Of a stretch of 64,000 nt of DNA, positions 24,947 through 37,525 are shown one piece after another (the stretch's first letter is position 1; every line of letters begins with the position of its first letter). Under the pieces are notes generated by a model. The model saw nothing but the letters and a program-made list of their open reading frames with translations, ran no database searches and was not told the origin of the DNA. The stretch is from Octopus vulgaris (Eukaryota): assembly GCA_951406725.2 (NCBI GenBank), contig OX597840.1, positions 21,390,001-21,454,000 on the forward strand, written 5' to 3'. The position numbers and the translations under genes were made by a program.

Positions 24947-25539
24947 AGGTGCAGGAGTGGCTGTGTGGTAAGTAGCTTGCTAACCAACCACATGGTTCCA
25001 GGTTCAGTCCCACCGCGTGGCATCTTGGGCAAGTGTCTTCTGCTATAGCCCCGGGCCGACCAATGCCTTGTGAGTGGATTTGGTAGACAGAAACTGAAAA
25101 GAAGCCTGTCGTATATATGTATATATATATATGCGTGTGTGTGTTTGTGTGTGTGTGTTTGTGTGTCTGTGTTTGTCCCCCTAGCATTGCTTGACAACCG
25201 ATGCTGGTGTGTTTACGTCCCCGTCACTTAGTGGTTCGGCAAAAGAGACCGATAGAATAAGTACTGGGCTTACAAAGAATAAGTCCCGAGGTCGATTTGC
25301 TCGACTAAAAAGGCGGTGCTCCAGCATGGCCACAGTCAAATGACTGAAACAAATAAAATAGTAAAATATATATATATACGTATATAGGTGCAGGCAAGGC
25401 TATGTGGCTTGCTTCCCAACCACATGGCTCCAGGTTCAGTCCCATTGCATGGCACTTTGGGCAAGTATCTTCTACTATAGCCTTGAGCCAATCAAGGCCT
25501 TGTGAGTGGATCTGGTAGACGGAAACTGAAAGAAGCCTG

Positions 25540-25583
<44 letters not shown>

Positions 25584-25784
25584 GCGTCTTTGTGTCTGTG
25601 TTTGTCTCCCACCATCACTCGACAACCGATGTTAGTGTGTTTATGTCCCTGTAACTTAGCGGTTCAGCAAAAGACACCGATAGATTAAGTATCACGCTAC
25701 AAAGAATAAGTCTTGGGGTCGACTTCTTCTACTATGAAGTGGTGCTCCAGCATGGCTACAATGAAATGACTGAAACAAATAAGA

Positions 25785-25785
<1 letters not shown>
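24947..25785 (+). mobile_element. Two adjacent SINE A copies (24947-25365 and 25386-25785)
   Basis: Two consensus matches. Confidence 0.9.
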
Positions 25786-25831
<46 letters not shown>

Positions 25832-25952
25832 CACACATGTATGTGTGTGTGTATCTATCTCTCTTTCTCACAATACACACACATATTATATGTATATAAG
25901 TGTGTGTATAAAAATGTGGTCTTTTGCTTACATATACATATATATATATATA

Positions 25953-26160
25953 CTTTATTTAAAGCAGCAGAAAATTCAACAAAACCTGTTACTCTGAGTT
26001 TCCCGTTGCCGTTCGTCGGACAGTTTTTGCTAGAAAAAACTGTCCGACGAAAGGCAACGTGAAACTCAGAGTAACAGGTTTTGTTGAATTTTCTGCTGCT
26101 TTAAATAAAACATATTACTCTTTTTTCCACCTTGTTTCACATTTATGTGTTTACTCCAGT
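25953..26160. mobile_element. Fold-back Penelope-like element in (TA)n, same family as 2609-2788
   Basis: Arms 25954-26028 and 26035-26109 with a 6-nt centre. Each arm carries a hammerhead-like motif. Confidence 0.7.
26036..26082 (+). ncRNA. Hammerhead-like motif with CCGACGA core; mirror copy on the minus strand at 25981-26027
   Basis: CTGT|CCGACGA|A(A/C)G-GCAA-CG(T/G)|GAAA|CTC-A-GAG|TA|ACAG. Confidence 0.5.
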
Positions 26161-26226
<66 letters not shown>

Positions 26227-26228
26227 GG

Positions 26229-26266
<38 letters not shown>

Positions 26267-26659
26267 GGTAATATATATATATATATATATATATATAAAC
26301 AAAAATGAACCTTTTTTGGCTATCTATAGAGAAATAGTAGAAACATCCGTTAGGACTGCATCATCCGTATTTGCCGTGCAGAGAAATAGGTTTTTTTTTT
26401 ATCAATATCTTTATTATCACCATCACCAACATCATTACCATCATCATCATCACCACAATCAATACCATTACCACCATCACTCGTACCTCCACCACCACCA
26501 CCACCACCACCACTAGTACAAATGCCATCATCATCATCATCATCACCATCAAATAATATTTGAGCAAATAGATTGTCAACTGGCGATAAACAGGAAGCGT
26601 TTTTCATTTTTCAAGGACAATATAATCAAAGAAATGCATGTATTTATGTAAGCACAGGC

Positions 26660-26694
26660 TTAAGTGGATATACATAATCATATATATATAAGAT

Positions 26695-26727
<33 letters not shown>

Positions 26728-27083
26728 TTAGATAGATAGACAGATACATGTATATATATGTGTGTGTGTATATATATACATATTATATATACATACATAT
26801 ATCTATATCTATATATATCAAATATATACATACATACCATATAAATACATACATACATGCACACACATCCACCCACAAATATATACATACTGAAACACAA
26901 ACATATAGATACACACAAATATACAGACATTACACACACACACACATATGTATAAATATGATTTATACATATAAAATATATATATCTACATATGCACGCA
27001 TGCACATACATATGTGTATGCGCGTGTGTATAATATGCATGTGTAATTATATATATGTATATCTATCTCTATCTATCGTTATC

Positions 27084-27118
<35 letters not shown>

Positions 27119-27224
27119 AACTGTATTTATATATATATATGTATGTATATATATATATATGTGTGTGTATACATATATATATATATGTGTGTGTGTATAC
27201 ATATATATATATATGTGTGTGTGT

Positions 27225-27265
<41 letters not shown>

Positions 27266-27328
27266 CAAATACGTGTGTGTGTGTTTGTGTGTCTGTGTCA
27301 GTGTGTATACACATGTATAAACTGACAT

Positions 27329-27383
<55 letters not shown>

Positions 27384-27400
27384 CATAAACACGCATACAT
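26660..27400. repeat. Compound (TA)/(TG)/(CA) microsatellite
   Basis: Read directly from the sequence. Confidence 0.9.
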
Positions 27401-27899
27401 CCGCCCATCAAACTTGTGTGTGCCACATCGTCACTAGTTAAGGAGTTATATTTAATCTATCCAAGTTAATCTTTTCTTGATGTCTACCACTTTCACAATC
27501 TTTACTTTGGAAGGGGAAAAAGGAAAAAAAAAAAAAAAAAAAAAGAAGAAAAAGAAAAAAGAGGGGGGGACATTTTTTTCCCTGAATTTTAGAAGAAAAT
27601 GAAAGGAAAAAGAAAAGAAAAACAAGACTGAACAAAAAGAAAATTTTCACTTTCCTAAAAAGCATCTGTGCAATATTAATAGAGACAACATCAAAACCCT
27701 TCACTGACATCCTTCCCAACATCACACAACTTCTTTAATACACACACACGGACACACAGACACACATATGGACAGACACGGACACACACGGGCACACAGT
27801 CAGGTATGTGCATCCTTGTAAAACCTAGTTTAACAATCTACACAAAGAAAAAACAACACACACACACATGTAATACACATCTGTATATAAACATATTAA

Positions 27900-28182
27900 C
27901 TCACACACCCATATACATAGATGATATATAAATATATATATACACACTCATATACGTACATGTGAATATATACATATAAGTATATATATAATTATATATA
28001 CATACATATACACACACACATGTACATATACATATAGATACACAAATACACATACACATATTTACAGATATATACATGCATATATATTTACACACAGATA
28101 CATATATATATACGTGTGTGTGCGTGTGTATGAAAATATATATATATATATGTATATATATACACAAACATATACATATGCA

Positions 28183-28231
<49 letters not shown>

Positions 28232-28458
28232 GCATAGATAAACAAATAGAAAGACAGACAGATAGATAGATAGATATGCACACATATCTATATATACATA
28301 TATATATTTATACATACATACACATATATATATGAATATGTGTACACATATACACACATACATGGATGAATATATATGTATGAATATATAATATATATGT
28401 ATACACATATATGCGTGTATATACATACACATATATATATATGTGTATATATATATGT

Positions 28459-28503
<45 letters not shown>

Positions 28504-28532
28504 CACACACATATATGTGTGTGTATATGTGT
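27900..28532. repeat. Compound (TA)/(CA) microsatellite
   Basis: Read directly from the sequence. Confidence 0.9.
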
Positions 28533-29104
28533 GAGCCACCTCTTCCATGACAACATCAATAATGCTGACACTGCCAACAGCAACAAGGCAACAATATCAG
28601 GGAATCGGTCCCCTTCCATACACACACCCAAACACACACCACTACGCTAACTCCAGAACAACAACAACAACAGCAGCAGCAGCAACGCCATAGCCATTCT
28701 GATACGTCAATACCATCCAATACCATCATACCACAACAGCCACTAACGCCACCACCACCGAAGCCAAAATTTCCACCATCACCACCGCCCTCACCATTAC
28801 GCCACTACTAACAGCATCCTCATCATCAACACCACAGCCTTAATGTCCGTCCCACTACTTCCCTTCAAACAGCTATATTGTCCTCCTACAACATCCTCCG
28901 CGGGTTACACTCCACTCTTCATGTAGGTCACTTGGTACACACACACACACACACCAACAGACAGCTGTGTATGTGTATGTGTGTGTGGTTGTGCATAGGA
29001 TTGTGTGTGTGTATTATGTGTGGGCGTGTGGCTGCCGGTTCATCCATGTGTATCCGGGTATCTCAACCAGTAACTGGAAGCAAATGTGTATTTGGTTTTC
29101 AATA

Positions 29105-29169
29105 ACTATATATATATATACGTGGGTGTGTGTATCTGTGTGTATGTGTGTATATGTGTCAGTGCGTGC

Positions 29170-29200
<31 letters not shown>

Positions 29201-29411
29201 CATATATAGATGTATGTGTGTGTATGTATGTATTTGTATGCATATATAAATATATGTATACATATAAGTGTGTATATATTTGTATGTGTGTGTGTGTGCA
29301 TATATATGTATGCATATATATGTATGCATATATATATATATATATATATATGTAAATATATGTGTTTGAATGTTTATATTTATATATTTCTCCATTGTTT
29401 ATATATTTTTC

Positions 29412-29447
<36 letters not shown>

Positions 29448-29632
29448 TATATATTATATATATGCATATATGTATGTATGTATGCATATACAAACACATG
29501 CACACACACACATGTATATATATATGCGTAAGCAGACAAATTATGTAGATACACATGTATGTATGTATATATGCAAGTATGTATGAATGTATGTATGTAA
29601 ATATGCATATTCGTGTGTGTGTGTGTGTGTGT
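29105..29632. repeat. Compound (TA)/(TG) microsatellite
   Basis: Read directly from the sequence. Confidence 0.9.
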
Positions 29633-29749
29633 TGGTAGGGGCAACAGAACCAGTTGGGGGGTTGGGGGACGGCTACATTTGTTGGGTTTTCACTTTCAGC
29701 TGTCTGACAGATTTTAAATGAAATATCTCTGACTTTTCTATTTTTTTAC

Positions 29750-30220
29750 CTTTTAACTCCATCTTCATCTCCATCAAATATCTTTAACTCTCCTCTTCTC
29801 TGCTGCAAATTCTTATCCAGTGCAAGGAAACTCAATTGATTGGCACTCGTCAATAACGGAGACGCTCAAGCCCCTGGCTCAAGCGTCTCCGTTATTCTCC
29901 TCTCTCTGTCTTTGACACTGCTACTGTAATGGCCTCTGCTCCACAGATCTGGTTGATCTTGTAATTCCTTCACTGAAGCATCCAGCCGTTCCACTTGCTC
30001 TTCGACTCTCAGTACCCTGGATGCATCCGGCCACCCTTTCCCGGCCTCAACTGCTATCTGTGTCCAATTGGTCATTTAAAAAATCTCAAACTTCTGGAAA
30101 TTTCCTCACTGAAGGTGTTGGCCTCCAATAGTTTGAGCTGAGGAATAACAACATCAATCTTGACCAGTACTGGCACGGCCTGTGATGGTCATCTGCTCTG
30201 TCCCCCACTCAACACTCAGG
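29750..30220 (-). other. Candidate exon (possibly 5' UTR or first coding exon) containing the 69-aa ORF 30075-29866
   Basis: High-complexity island ending in AAAG|gtaaaa on the minus strand, with a (CT)-rich tract upstream. The 5' boundary is uncertain. Confidence 0.4.
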
Positions 30221-30404
30221 AGATAAGAACAGAGAGAAAGAGAGTGGGAGAAAGAAAGAGAGACTGAGAGAAAAGCATGAGGAGAGGTGGGAGGAGAGAG
30301 AAAAGTATGAGACAAAGGGAGAGGCATATGTGTGTATAATTTGTGCCTGCGTATATATATATGTGCGTGTATATAAATATTTATTTATTTATTTCAATAC
30401 GATA

Positions 30405-30820
30405 AGAAAATTAATTGATAAAATAAAAAATTACTTGAAAGTCAAATCTCATCAGAGGTCGTTTAAGATATACAAAATAGGTGTTCAATTCCTGCATGTT
30501 GAGTAAATGGCTGCAAACCATTGACTCAGTTAACGGTTGCAACCGTATACTCAACATACAGGAACAGAATACCTGTTTTGTATATCTTAAACTACCTCTC
30601 ACGAGATTCGACTTTCAAATAATTTTTAATTTTATTAATTAATTTTCTGAAGGTCTAGAATTGAAACAGCTGTAAGAGATGTTGCCAATTTTTTTAATTA
30701 ATAAATAATCATTTATTAATTATCTCTCTATTTTCTTTCATTATAATAAATAGATATATATATAAACTACGGTTTATATAGTTACCTTGCAGTTGAGTAT
30801 TAACTGTGATGTTCAATATT
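30405..30820 (+). mobile_element. Old fold-back Penelope-like element
   Basis: Imperfect inverted repeat 30405-30648 (~120-bp arms), then the degenerate hammerhead ctgaagg...gaaacagctgtaagag. Confidence 0.55.
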
Positions 30821-30905
30821 CTTTGTAAAGGGAACTAACCAGTACTTTCATGGGATTTTGCTATCCCTTAATGAGGTTTGCAACTTTTATTTGAACTTCT
30901 ATATT

Positions 30906-31302
30906 TACTCTCTTTACTCTTTTACTTCTTTCAGTCATTTGACTGCGGCCATGCTGGAGCACCGCCTTTAGTCAAACAAATCGACCCCGGGACTTATTCT
31001 TTGTAAGCCCAGTACTTATTCTATCGGTCTCTTTTGCCAAACCGCTAAGTGACAGGGATGTAAACACACCAGCATCGGTTGTCAAGCAATGCTAGGGGGA
31101 CAAACACAGACACACAAACATATACACATACATATATATATGACAGGCTTCTTTCAGTTTCAGTATACCAAATCCACTCACAAGGCTTTGGTCGGCCCAA
31201 GGCTATAGTAGAAGACACTTGCCCAAGGCGCCACGCAGTGGGACTGAACCCAGAACCATGTGGTTCGTAAGCAAGCTACTTGCCACACAGCCACTCCTGC
31301 GT
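30906..31302 (-). mobile_element. SINE family A
   Basis: Reverse complement of the consensus. Confidence 0.9.
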
Positions 31303-31560
31303 TTAATAACAACAGTTCTTTTATTAAATTCTTCATTGATTTCAAAATAAACAGAAACAAACGCAGGGTATTTCAGCAGAAATATGGTAGCAAAAGGGTT
31401 AAAGTGATCAAAATTAAAACCTTCCCTCAAAATTTGATATTAATTTGTGTTCAAAACACCAGCTTAATAAGGACAATTATTTTACTAAATTCTTAATAAT
31501 TTTCAAAATTAATAGAAACAAAAGCAGTTAATTCCAACAGAAATATGGTAATAAAAGACC
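31303..31560 (+). mobile_element. Two tandem AT-rich MITE-like ends terminating ...aaagggttaa (piggyBac-like TTAA end)
   Basis: The block taaattctt...ttcaaaa...cagaaatatggta is duplicated; the first copy ends gggttaa. Confidence 0.4.
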
Positions 31561-31789
31561 TGAAAAAAATTGGATGCATTGATCATTAGAATCCTTGATG
31601 GAGGAAATTATGGTTTGGCAGCAGATGGAATGCTTTTGATGAGAGATCTGCAACGACAAATGTTCAGCTGGAATAAATTGAACGAGAAGAACCAGGAGAG
31701 AACTCAGGAGGAAATCTGAGAGAAAGTCTTCAGAACAAAGCAATACGACTGGAACCTGATCATGTTTTTAGCACAACATATGTACATCA

Positions 31790-31845
31790 TGTGTATGTAT
31801 ATATGTGTGTGTGTGTGTGTATATATATATATGTATTTATGTATG

Positions 31846-31909
<64 letters not shown>

Positions 31910-32004
31910 AATATATATGTATGTGTACATATATATATATGTGTGTGTACACACATACATATATATATATATGTGTACACAAATGCATATATATATATAT
32001 GTGT

Positions 32005-32052
<48 letters not shown>

Positions 32053-32086
32053 GTGTGTGTGTGTGTGTGTTGTGTGTATGTGTGTG

Positions 32087-32119
<33 letters not shown>

Positions 32120-32280
32120 ATGTATATATGTGTGCATGTATATATATATATATATATATATATGCATATATATGTACAGATAGATAGACAAAGGCAGATA
32201 GATAGATAGATAGATAGATCAATAGACAGCCAGACAGATATGCATAGATAGATGGAGATAGATATAGAGATAGGCAGATA
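31790..32280. repeat. Compound (TA)/(TG)/(TAGA) microsatellite
   Basis: Read directly from the sequence. Confidence 0.9.
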
Positions 32281-32764
32281 GTCAGTGAGAGAGAAAGAGT
32301 GAGATCGAGAGGTAGAGAGAAGAACAGAAAAAAATACAGTAATGTGTAAAAAAGAATCATAAAAAAAAGGAAAAAAGCGAAACTGGTGCAGTGCCTGTTT
32401 TGAGTGAGAATTGATTGTGTTGTGACAGTTGTTGCACATGGTTCTGTATGCAATGTAGCGTGTTAATATGCAGTAAAGTGTGTTGGAAACTAACACTGTG
32501 AATGATAATTGCTGATAACACTGGGTGATAATTGAATAAAATATGTCACATCTAAGTTTAGAGTGGGGGGGGGTGCGGTCTGTGAAGCATGAAATCATAC
32601 AATTAAATTATTTGCAAATGAGTTTTGTTTTAACAGTAAATACACACACTTATAGGGCAACATGCATGTGTGTGCGTGTGTGTGTGTGTGTGTTTATAAG
32701 AGTGTAAATAAGTATATGTGTATAAGTATGCATCTGTTTACACACACAAATACACACAGATATT

Positions 32765-33040
32765 CTCTTTACTCTAGGCACAAGGCCTGAAATTTGATGG
32801 GAAGGGGCTAGTCGATTAGATTGATCCCAGTACACAATTAGTACTGAATTTATCGACCCTGAAAGGAAGAAAGGCAAAGTTAACCTCGGCGGAATTTGAA
32901 CTCAGAATGTAAAGACAGACAAAATACCACTAAAGCGGTGCCCCAGCATGGCCACAGCTCATAAGCTGAAACTAGAATCAATCAATCAATCAATCAAAGC
33001 ATTTTGCCCGGCATGCTAACATTTCTCCCATTTTGCCATA
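32765..33040 (-). mobile_element. SINE B variant interrupted by a short SINE A-type 3' end (~32932-32997, plus)
   Basis: B core followed by aaagcggtgccccagcatggccacag and (ATCA)n. Confidence 0.7.
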
Positions 33041-33041
33041 T

Positions 33042-33115
<74 letters not shown>

Positions 33116-33194
33116 ATATGCACATACATATATATAATAATAATAATAATAATAATTAATGCAAATCAACTGTTGTTCATCAATGTTAGCCTAC

Positions 33195-33518
33195 AAAACT
33201 ACGAAAGAAAACCTAAACTTTCAGATAGGGACCGTCGGACTCTTATGCAAATTGTTAGAAAGGATCATAAAAGTACAGCTCCCAAAATTGCTGCAGAGCT
33301 TAATGACCACCTTGAGAACCCAGTTTCCACAAAAACAGTTCGCCGAGAGCTGCACAAAGCCAGATTTCACAGGAGGGCTGCAAACAGAAAACCACTACTT
33401 TACTAAACAAATGTTGCAAAGCGTTTAGAGTGGAGTAAAAACCTATAGAATTGGTCCCTAGAGCAGTGGAAGCATGTTATTTTCTTGGACGAGTCATCCT
33501 TTACCTTATTTCCGACTG
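33195..33518 (+). pseudogene. Tc1-family transposase fragment (HTH region to first catalytic D)
   Basis: RKPKLSDRDRRTLMQIVRKDHKSTAPKIAAELN...VSTKTVRRELHK...RKPLL, then after a frameshift KRLEWSKNL*NWSLEQWKHVIFLDESSF (WxxVIFSDES motif). Confidence 0.88.
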
Positions 33519-33722
33519 TAGGCACAAGGCCTGAAATTTGAGGAGTGGGGACTAGTCGACTACATTGACCCCCCAGTGTTTCACTGGTATCTAATTTATC
33601 AACCTCAAAAGGATGAAAGGCAAAGTTGATTGCGGCGGAAGCTGAAGTCAGAACGTAGCAACGAGCGAAATACTGCTAAGCATTCTGTCTGGAGTGCTAA
33701 CGATCCTGCCAGTTTGCCACCT
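33519..33722 (-). mobile_element. SINE family B variant
   Basis: Core match. Confidence 0.8.
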
Positions 33723-33730
33723 GAATGATA

Positions 33731-33772
<42 letters not shown>

Positions 33773-33779
<7 letters not shown>

Positions 33780-33930
33780 ATATGTTACAATTACTCAATA
33801 GTCAAGATAAAACTCTGAGTTTTATCTTGACTATTGAGTAATTGTAACATATTATTTTACAGATAAATTTCCTCTTTTTACATAATATTGAGGTCTCTTT
33901 CTTTCTTTTGCTATCTTACCGTTTTTACCA
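33773..33930. repeat. Perfect 43-bp-arm palindrome (33773-33859) plus tail, between (TA)n tracts
   Basis: Arms 33773-33815 and 33817-33859 are exact reverse complements with a 1-nt spacer. Confidence 0.9.
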
Positions 33931-34139
33931 ATATATATAAATGTGTATGTGTGTGTGTGTGTGTGAAAAGGTTGCATTATATTTCATCCTTTTCTTTGGA
34001 AGGTTCCAAAAAAAGCAATTTCTAATAAAGATTCTTCATGTTTTGCTGGTAGCTTACTGGCATAGTCTGCGAATATGAAAATAATACTTGTATATGGTGT
34101 GTTAGGTGAATTTATGGAAAGGTATATATATATATATAT

Positions 34140-34537
34140 ACTCTTTTACTTGTTTCAGTCATTTGACTGCAGCCATGCTGGAGCACTGCCTTTAGTCGAG
34201 CAAATCGACCCCGGGACTTATTCTTTGTAAGTCCAGTACTTATTCTAAAGGTCTCTTTTGCCGAACCGCTAAGTGACGGGGTCATAAACACACCAGCATC
34301 GGTTGTCAAGCAATGCTAGGGGGACAAACACAGACACACAAACATACACGCACACACACATATATATATACACATATATACGACAGGCTTCTTTCAGTTT
34401 CCGTCTACCAAATCCATTCACAAGGCTTTGGTTGGCCTGAGGCTATAGTAGAAGACACTTGCCCAAGGTGCCACACAGTGGGACTGAACCCGGAACCACG
34501 TGGCTGGTAAACAAGCTACTTAACACACAGCCACTCA
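34140..34537 (-). mobile_element. SINE family A
   Basis: Reverse complement of the consensus. Confidence 0.9.
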
Positions 34538-35058
34538 TATATATATAATCTAAATGAGGAGACAAAGAACGAATTTAGCGCATCTTAACGCTAGTTATAA
34601 TCATTTCCGTACAAGTTTGTTGTTTATGCCATGGCACATAAATGATTTGATGCGTAAAGTTACACAACATTTGCATTTGATTACATTAGAGAAGAACTTC
34701 AGACTTACATCGAAAGGTGTGCTCTTACAGATAGATGTATGTGTATATATATATATATGTGTGTGTGTGTCCATGTGTGTGGTGAGTGTGTGTTTGTGTG
34801 TGTGTTGTGTGTGTGTGTGTGTGATTATATACTGGCATGAAAGACTATGCCATGCTGCATTGCTTTACAACGAACATTTTGTAATAAGGAATCGATAAGC
34901 TGAGTACCTGACTTAAATAATTAGTGGGGTGGATACGATTGACTGAAATAAAAGCCCCTGAATGCCTTACCTCAGCAAGGCCCCTGCCATTCAAGGATTG
35001 AAACCAGTACAAGAAAAAAGGAAAAATGTAAAAAAAATGTTTCAAAAGATAAACAAAT

Positions 35059-35220
35059 AGGCGTTGGAGTGGCTGTGTGGTAAGTAGCTTGCTTACGAAT
35101 CACATGGTTCTGGGTTCAGTCCCACTGCGTGGCACCTTGAGCAAGTGTCTTCTACTATAGCCTCAAGCTGACCAAAGGCTTGTGAGTGGATTTGGTAGAT
35201 GAAAACTGAAAGAAGCCCGT

Positions 35221-35222
<2 letters not shown>
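35059..35222 (+). mobile_element. SINE family A 5' half, ending at its internal (TA)n
   Basis: Head through gaagcccgttg, then (TA)n. Confidence 0.85.
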
Positions 35223-35264
<42 letters not shown>

Positions 35265-35426
35265 CAATTGAGGATAAAATCTTTAAAAGAAATTATCAGT
35301 AGTCAGCGTGAAAAACCTCGCCATTTTCATAGATATGTAAGGATAAACATTCGTACATGCTACGACGAATTCTACGGTTGGCTATCGAGTTTGAATGTTA
35401 TGTTTTTTCTTATATTTCTTGAGTTT

Positions 35427-35490
35427 GTTGCACTGACGAACATGAAATGCATATTCTGCATTAAATGCGAAATCACATGTGATATGTAAC
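35427..35490 (+). ncRNA. Type I hammerhead ribozyme motif, copy 1
   Basis: GTTGCA|CTGACGA|a-CAT..AATGCA-tattc-TGCATT..ATG-c|GAAA|TCACATGTGA|TA|TGTAAC. There is an A-C mismatch at the base of stem II. Confidence 0.65.
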
Positions 35491-35924
35491 TGAATTCTTT
35501 TTTAAAATGATGTGTTTTGAAGTTTTGCATTCGGTAAAATTTTGTTTATTTTTAGTAGTTTTGACCGCATTGGTCCCTCTTAGCATGTTGGTATCTACGA
35601 ATAGTAGTACCCTCAATATAATATAAATGAATATTTTCAAAGAGGAAGAATTTACGGATTTTTTTCTCTTACGAGGTTTTTCACGCTGACTACTGATAAT
35701 TTCTTTTAAAGATTTTATCCTCAATTGTTAATTTATATTTTTCACCGGAATAGTTCAATACTGAATTTTTATTCCGACTAGGCAATTTATTACCGAAATG
35801 CATTGCAAAAAAGCCCGCCATTTTCATAGATATGTAAGGATAAACATTCGTACATGCTACGACGAATTCTACGGTTGGCTATCGAGTTTGTAATGTTATG
35901 TTTTTTCTTATATTTTTTGAGTTT

Positions 35925-35988
35925 GTTGCACTGACGAACATGAAATGCATATTCTGCATTAAATGCGAAATCACATGTGATATGTAAC
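35925..35988 (+). ncRNA. Type I hammerhead ribozyme motif, copy 2
   Basis: Identical to 35427-35490, 498 bp downstream. Confidence 0.65.
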
Positions 35989-36118
35989 TGAATTCTTTTT
36001 TAAAATGATGTGTTTTGAAGTTTTGCATTCGGTAAAATTTTGTTTATTTTTAGTAGTTTTGACCGCATTGGTCCCTCTTAGCGTGTTGGTATCTATGAAT
36101 AGTAGTACCCTCAATATA

Positions 36119-36159
<41 letters not shown>

Positions 36160-36719
36160 TTACCCTGTGGCACACCTAGCATCGCCTCATGGCACACTGG
36201 TGTGCCACTGCATAGCTGTTGCAGAGAACTGGTCTACATGATTATGGCTGACACGAGGCTCAAAAACAACAGAATCTACACACTTTGTACATTTAGTAGC
36301 AACAAAACCATTCCAAACACCAGAATACAAAACTAATTTTATTAACTTTTTCCTTCTTCACACAGAATCATAGTTCTTCTTCTTCCCCCCTTTTTTTTTT
36401 GGTTTCCATCTTTTTATTTTTCTTTTGTTTGTTCCCTCCATCTCAGTAAATCCTAGACAGCAAACTAGCTTGCTATCCACGCAACATCAAAATCCTGATT
36501 CCATGCAGCATCAAAGACATCATTAACAACTACAATAGAATGCCAAACAGGATGTCTGGTATTCTGAAGCCAGCGAGTCCAACAGGGACCGTCCTGTGCA
36601 GCAGCAGCTATCAGTGTGTGTGTCCGTGTGTGTGTGTGTGTAAGAGAGAGAAAAATATGCAAGGCCTAAAATACATTATACAGAATTCACACTTATAATA
36701 CGTACATGTATTATGTGTG

Positions 36720-36798
36720 AGTATGTGCGCATGTGCACATATATATATATATATACATATATACATACATACATATATAGATACATATATACATACAA

Positions 36799-36837
<39 letters not shown>

Positions 36838-36909
36838 TGTATATATACATATACATATATACATACATATATGTATATACATATATGTATATACATATAT
36901 GTATATACA

Positions 36910-36941
<32 letters not shown>

Positions 36942-36962
36942 CATACATATATGTATATATAC

Positions 36963-37009
<47 letters not shown>

Positions 37010-37292
37010 CATAGATATATACATATATATATATATATATACATATATGTATATATACATATACATAGATATATACATATATATATACATATATATATAT
37101 ATACATATACATATATACATATATACATACATATATGTATACATATATACATACATATATGTATATACATATATGTATATATATATATATATATATATAC
37201 ATATATGTATATATACATATATATATATACATATATGTATATATACATATACATATATATATATATATACATATATGTATATATACATATAC

Positions 37293-37356
<64 letters not shown>

Positions 37357-37486
37357 GTACATATACATAGATATATACATATACATATACATATATATAT
37401 ATATACATATACATAGATATATACATATACATAGATATATACATATACATATATATACATATATATATATATACATAGATATATAC

Positions 37487-37525
<39 letters not shown>

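Larger units (their letters stand above)
35261..36126 (+). mobile_element. Non-coding Penelope-like/retrozyme-like element: partial tandem of a 498-bp unit plus a 5' inverted segment
   Basis: Direct repeats 35319-35628 and 35816-36126. 35261-35320 is the exact reverse complement of 35672-35731. (TA)n on both sides and one hammerhead motif per repeat. Confidence 0.8.

Noticed and set aside
30465-30475. CTGATGA on the minus strand within the left fold-back arm
   Set aside because: The partner arm reads ctcacga, and no stem II or GAAA follows, so it is a mutation-derived coincidence.
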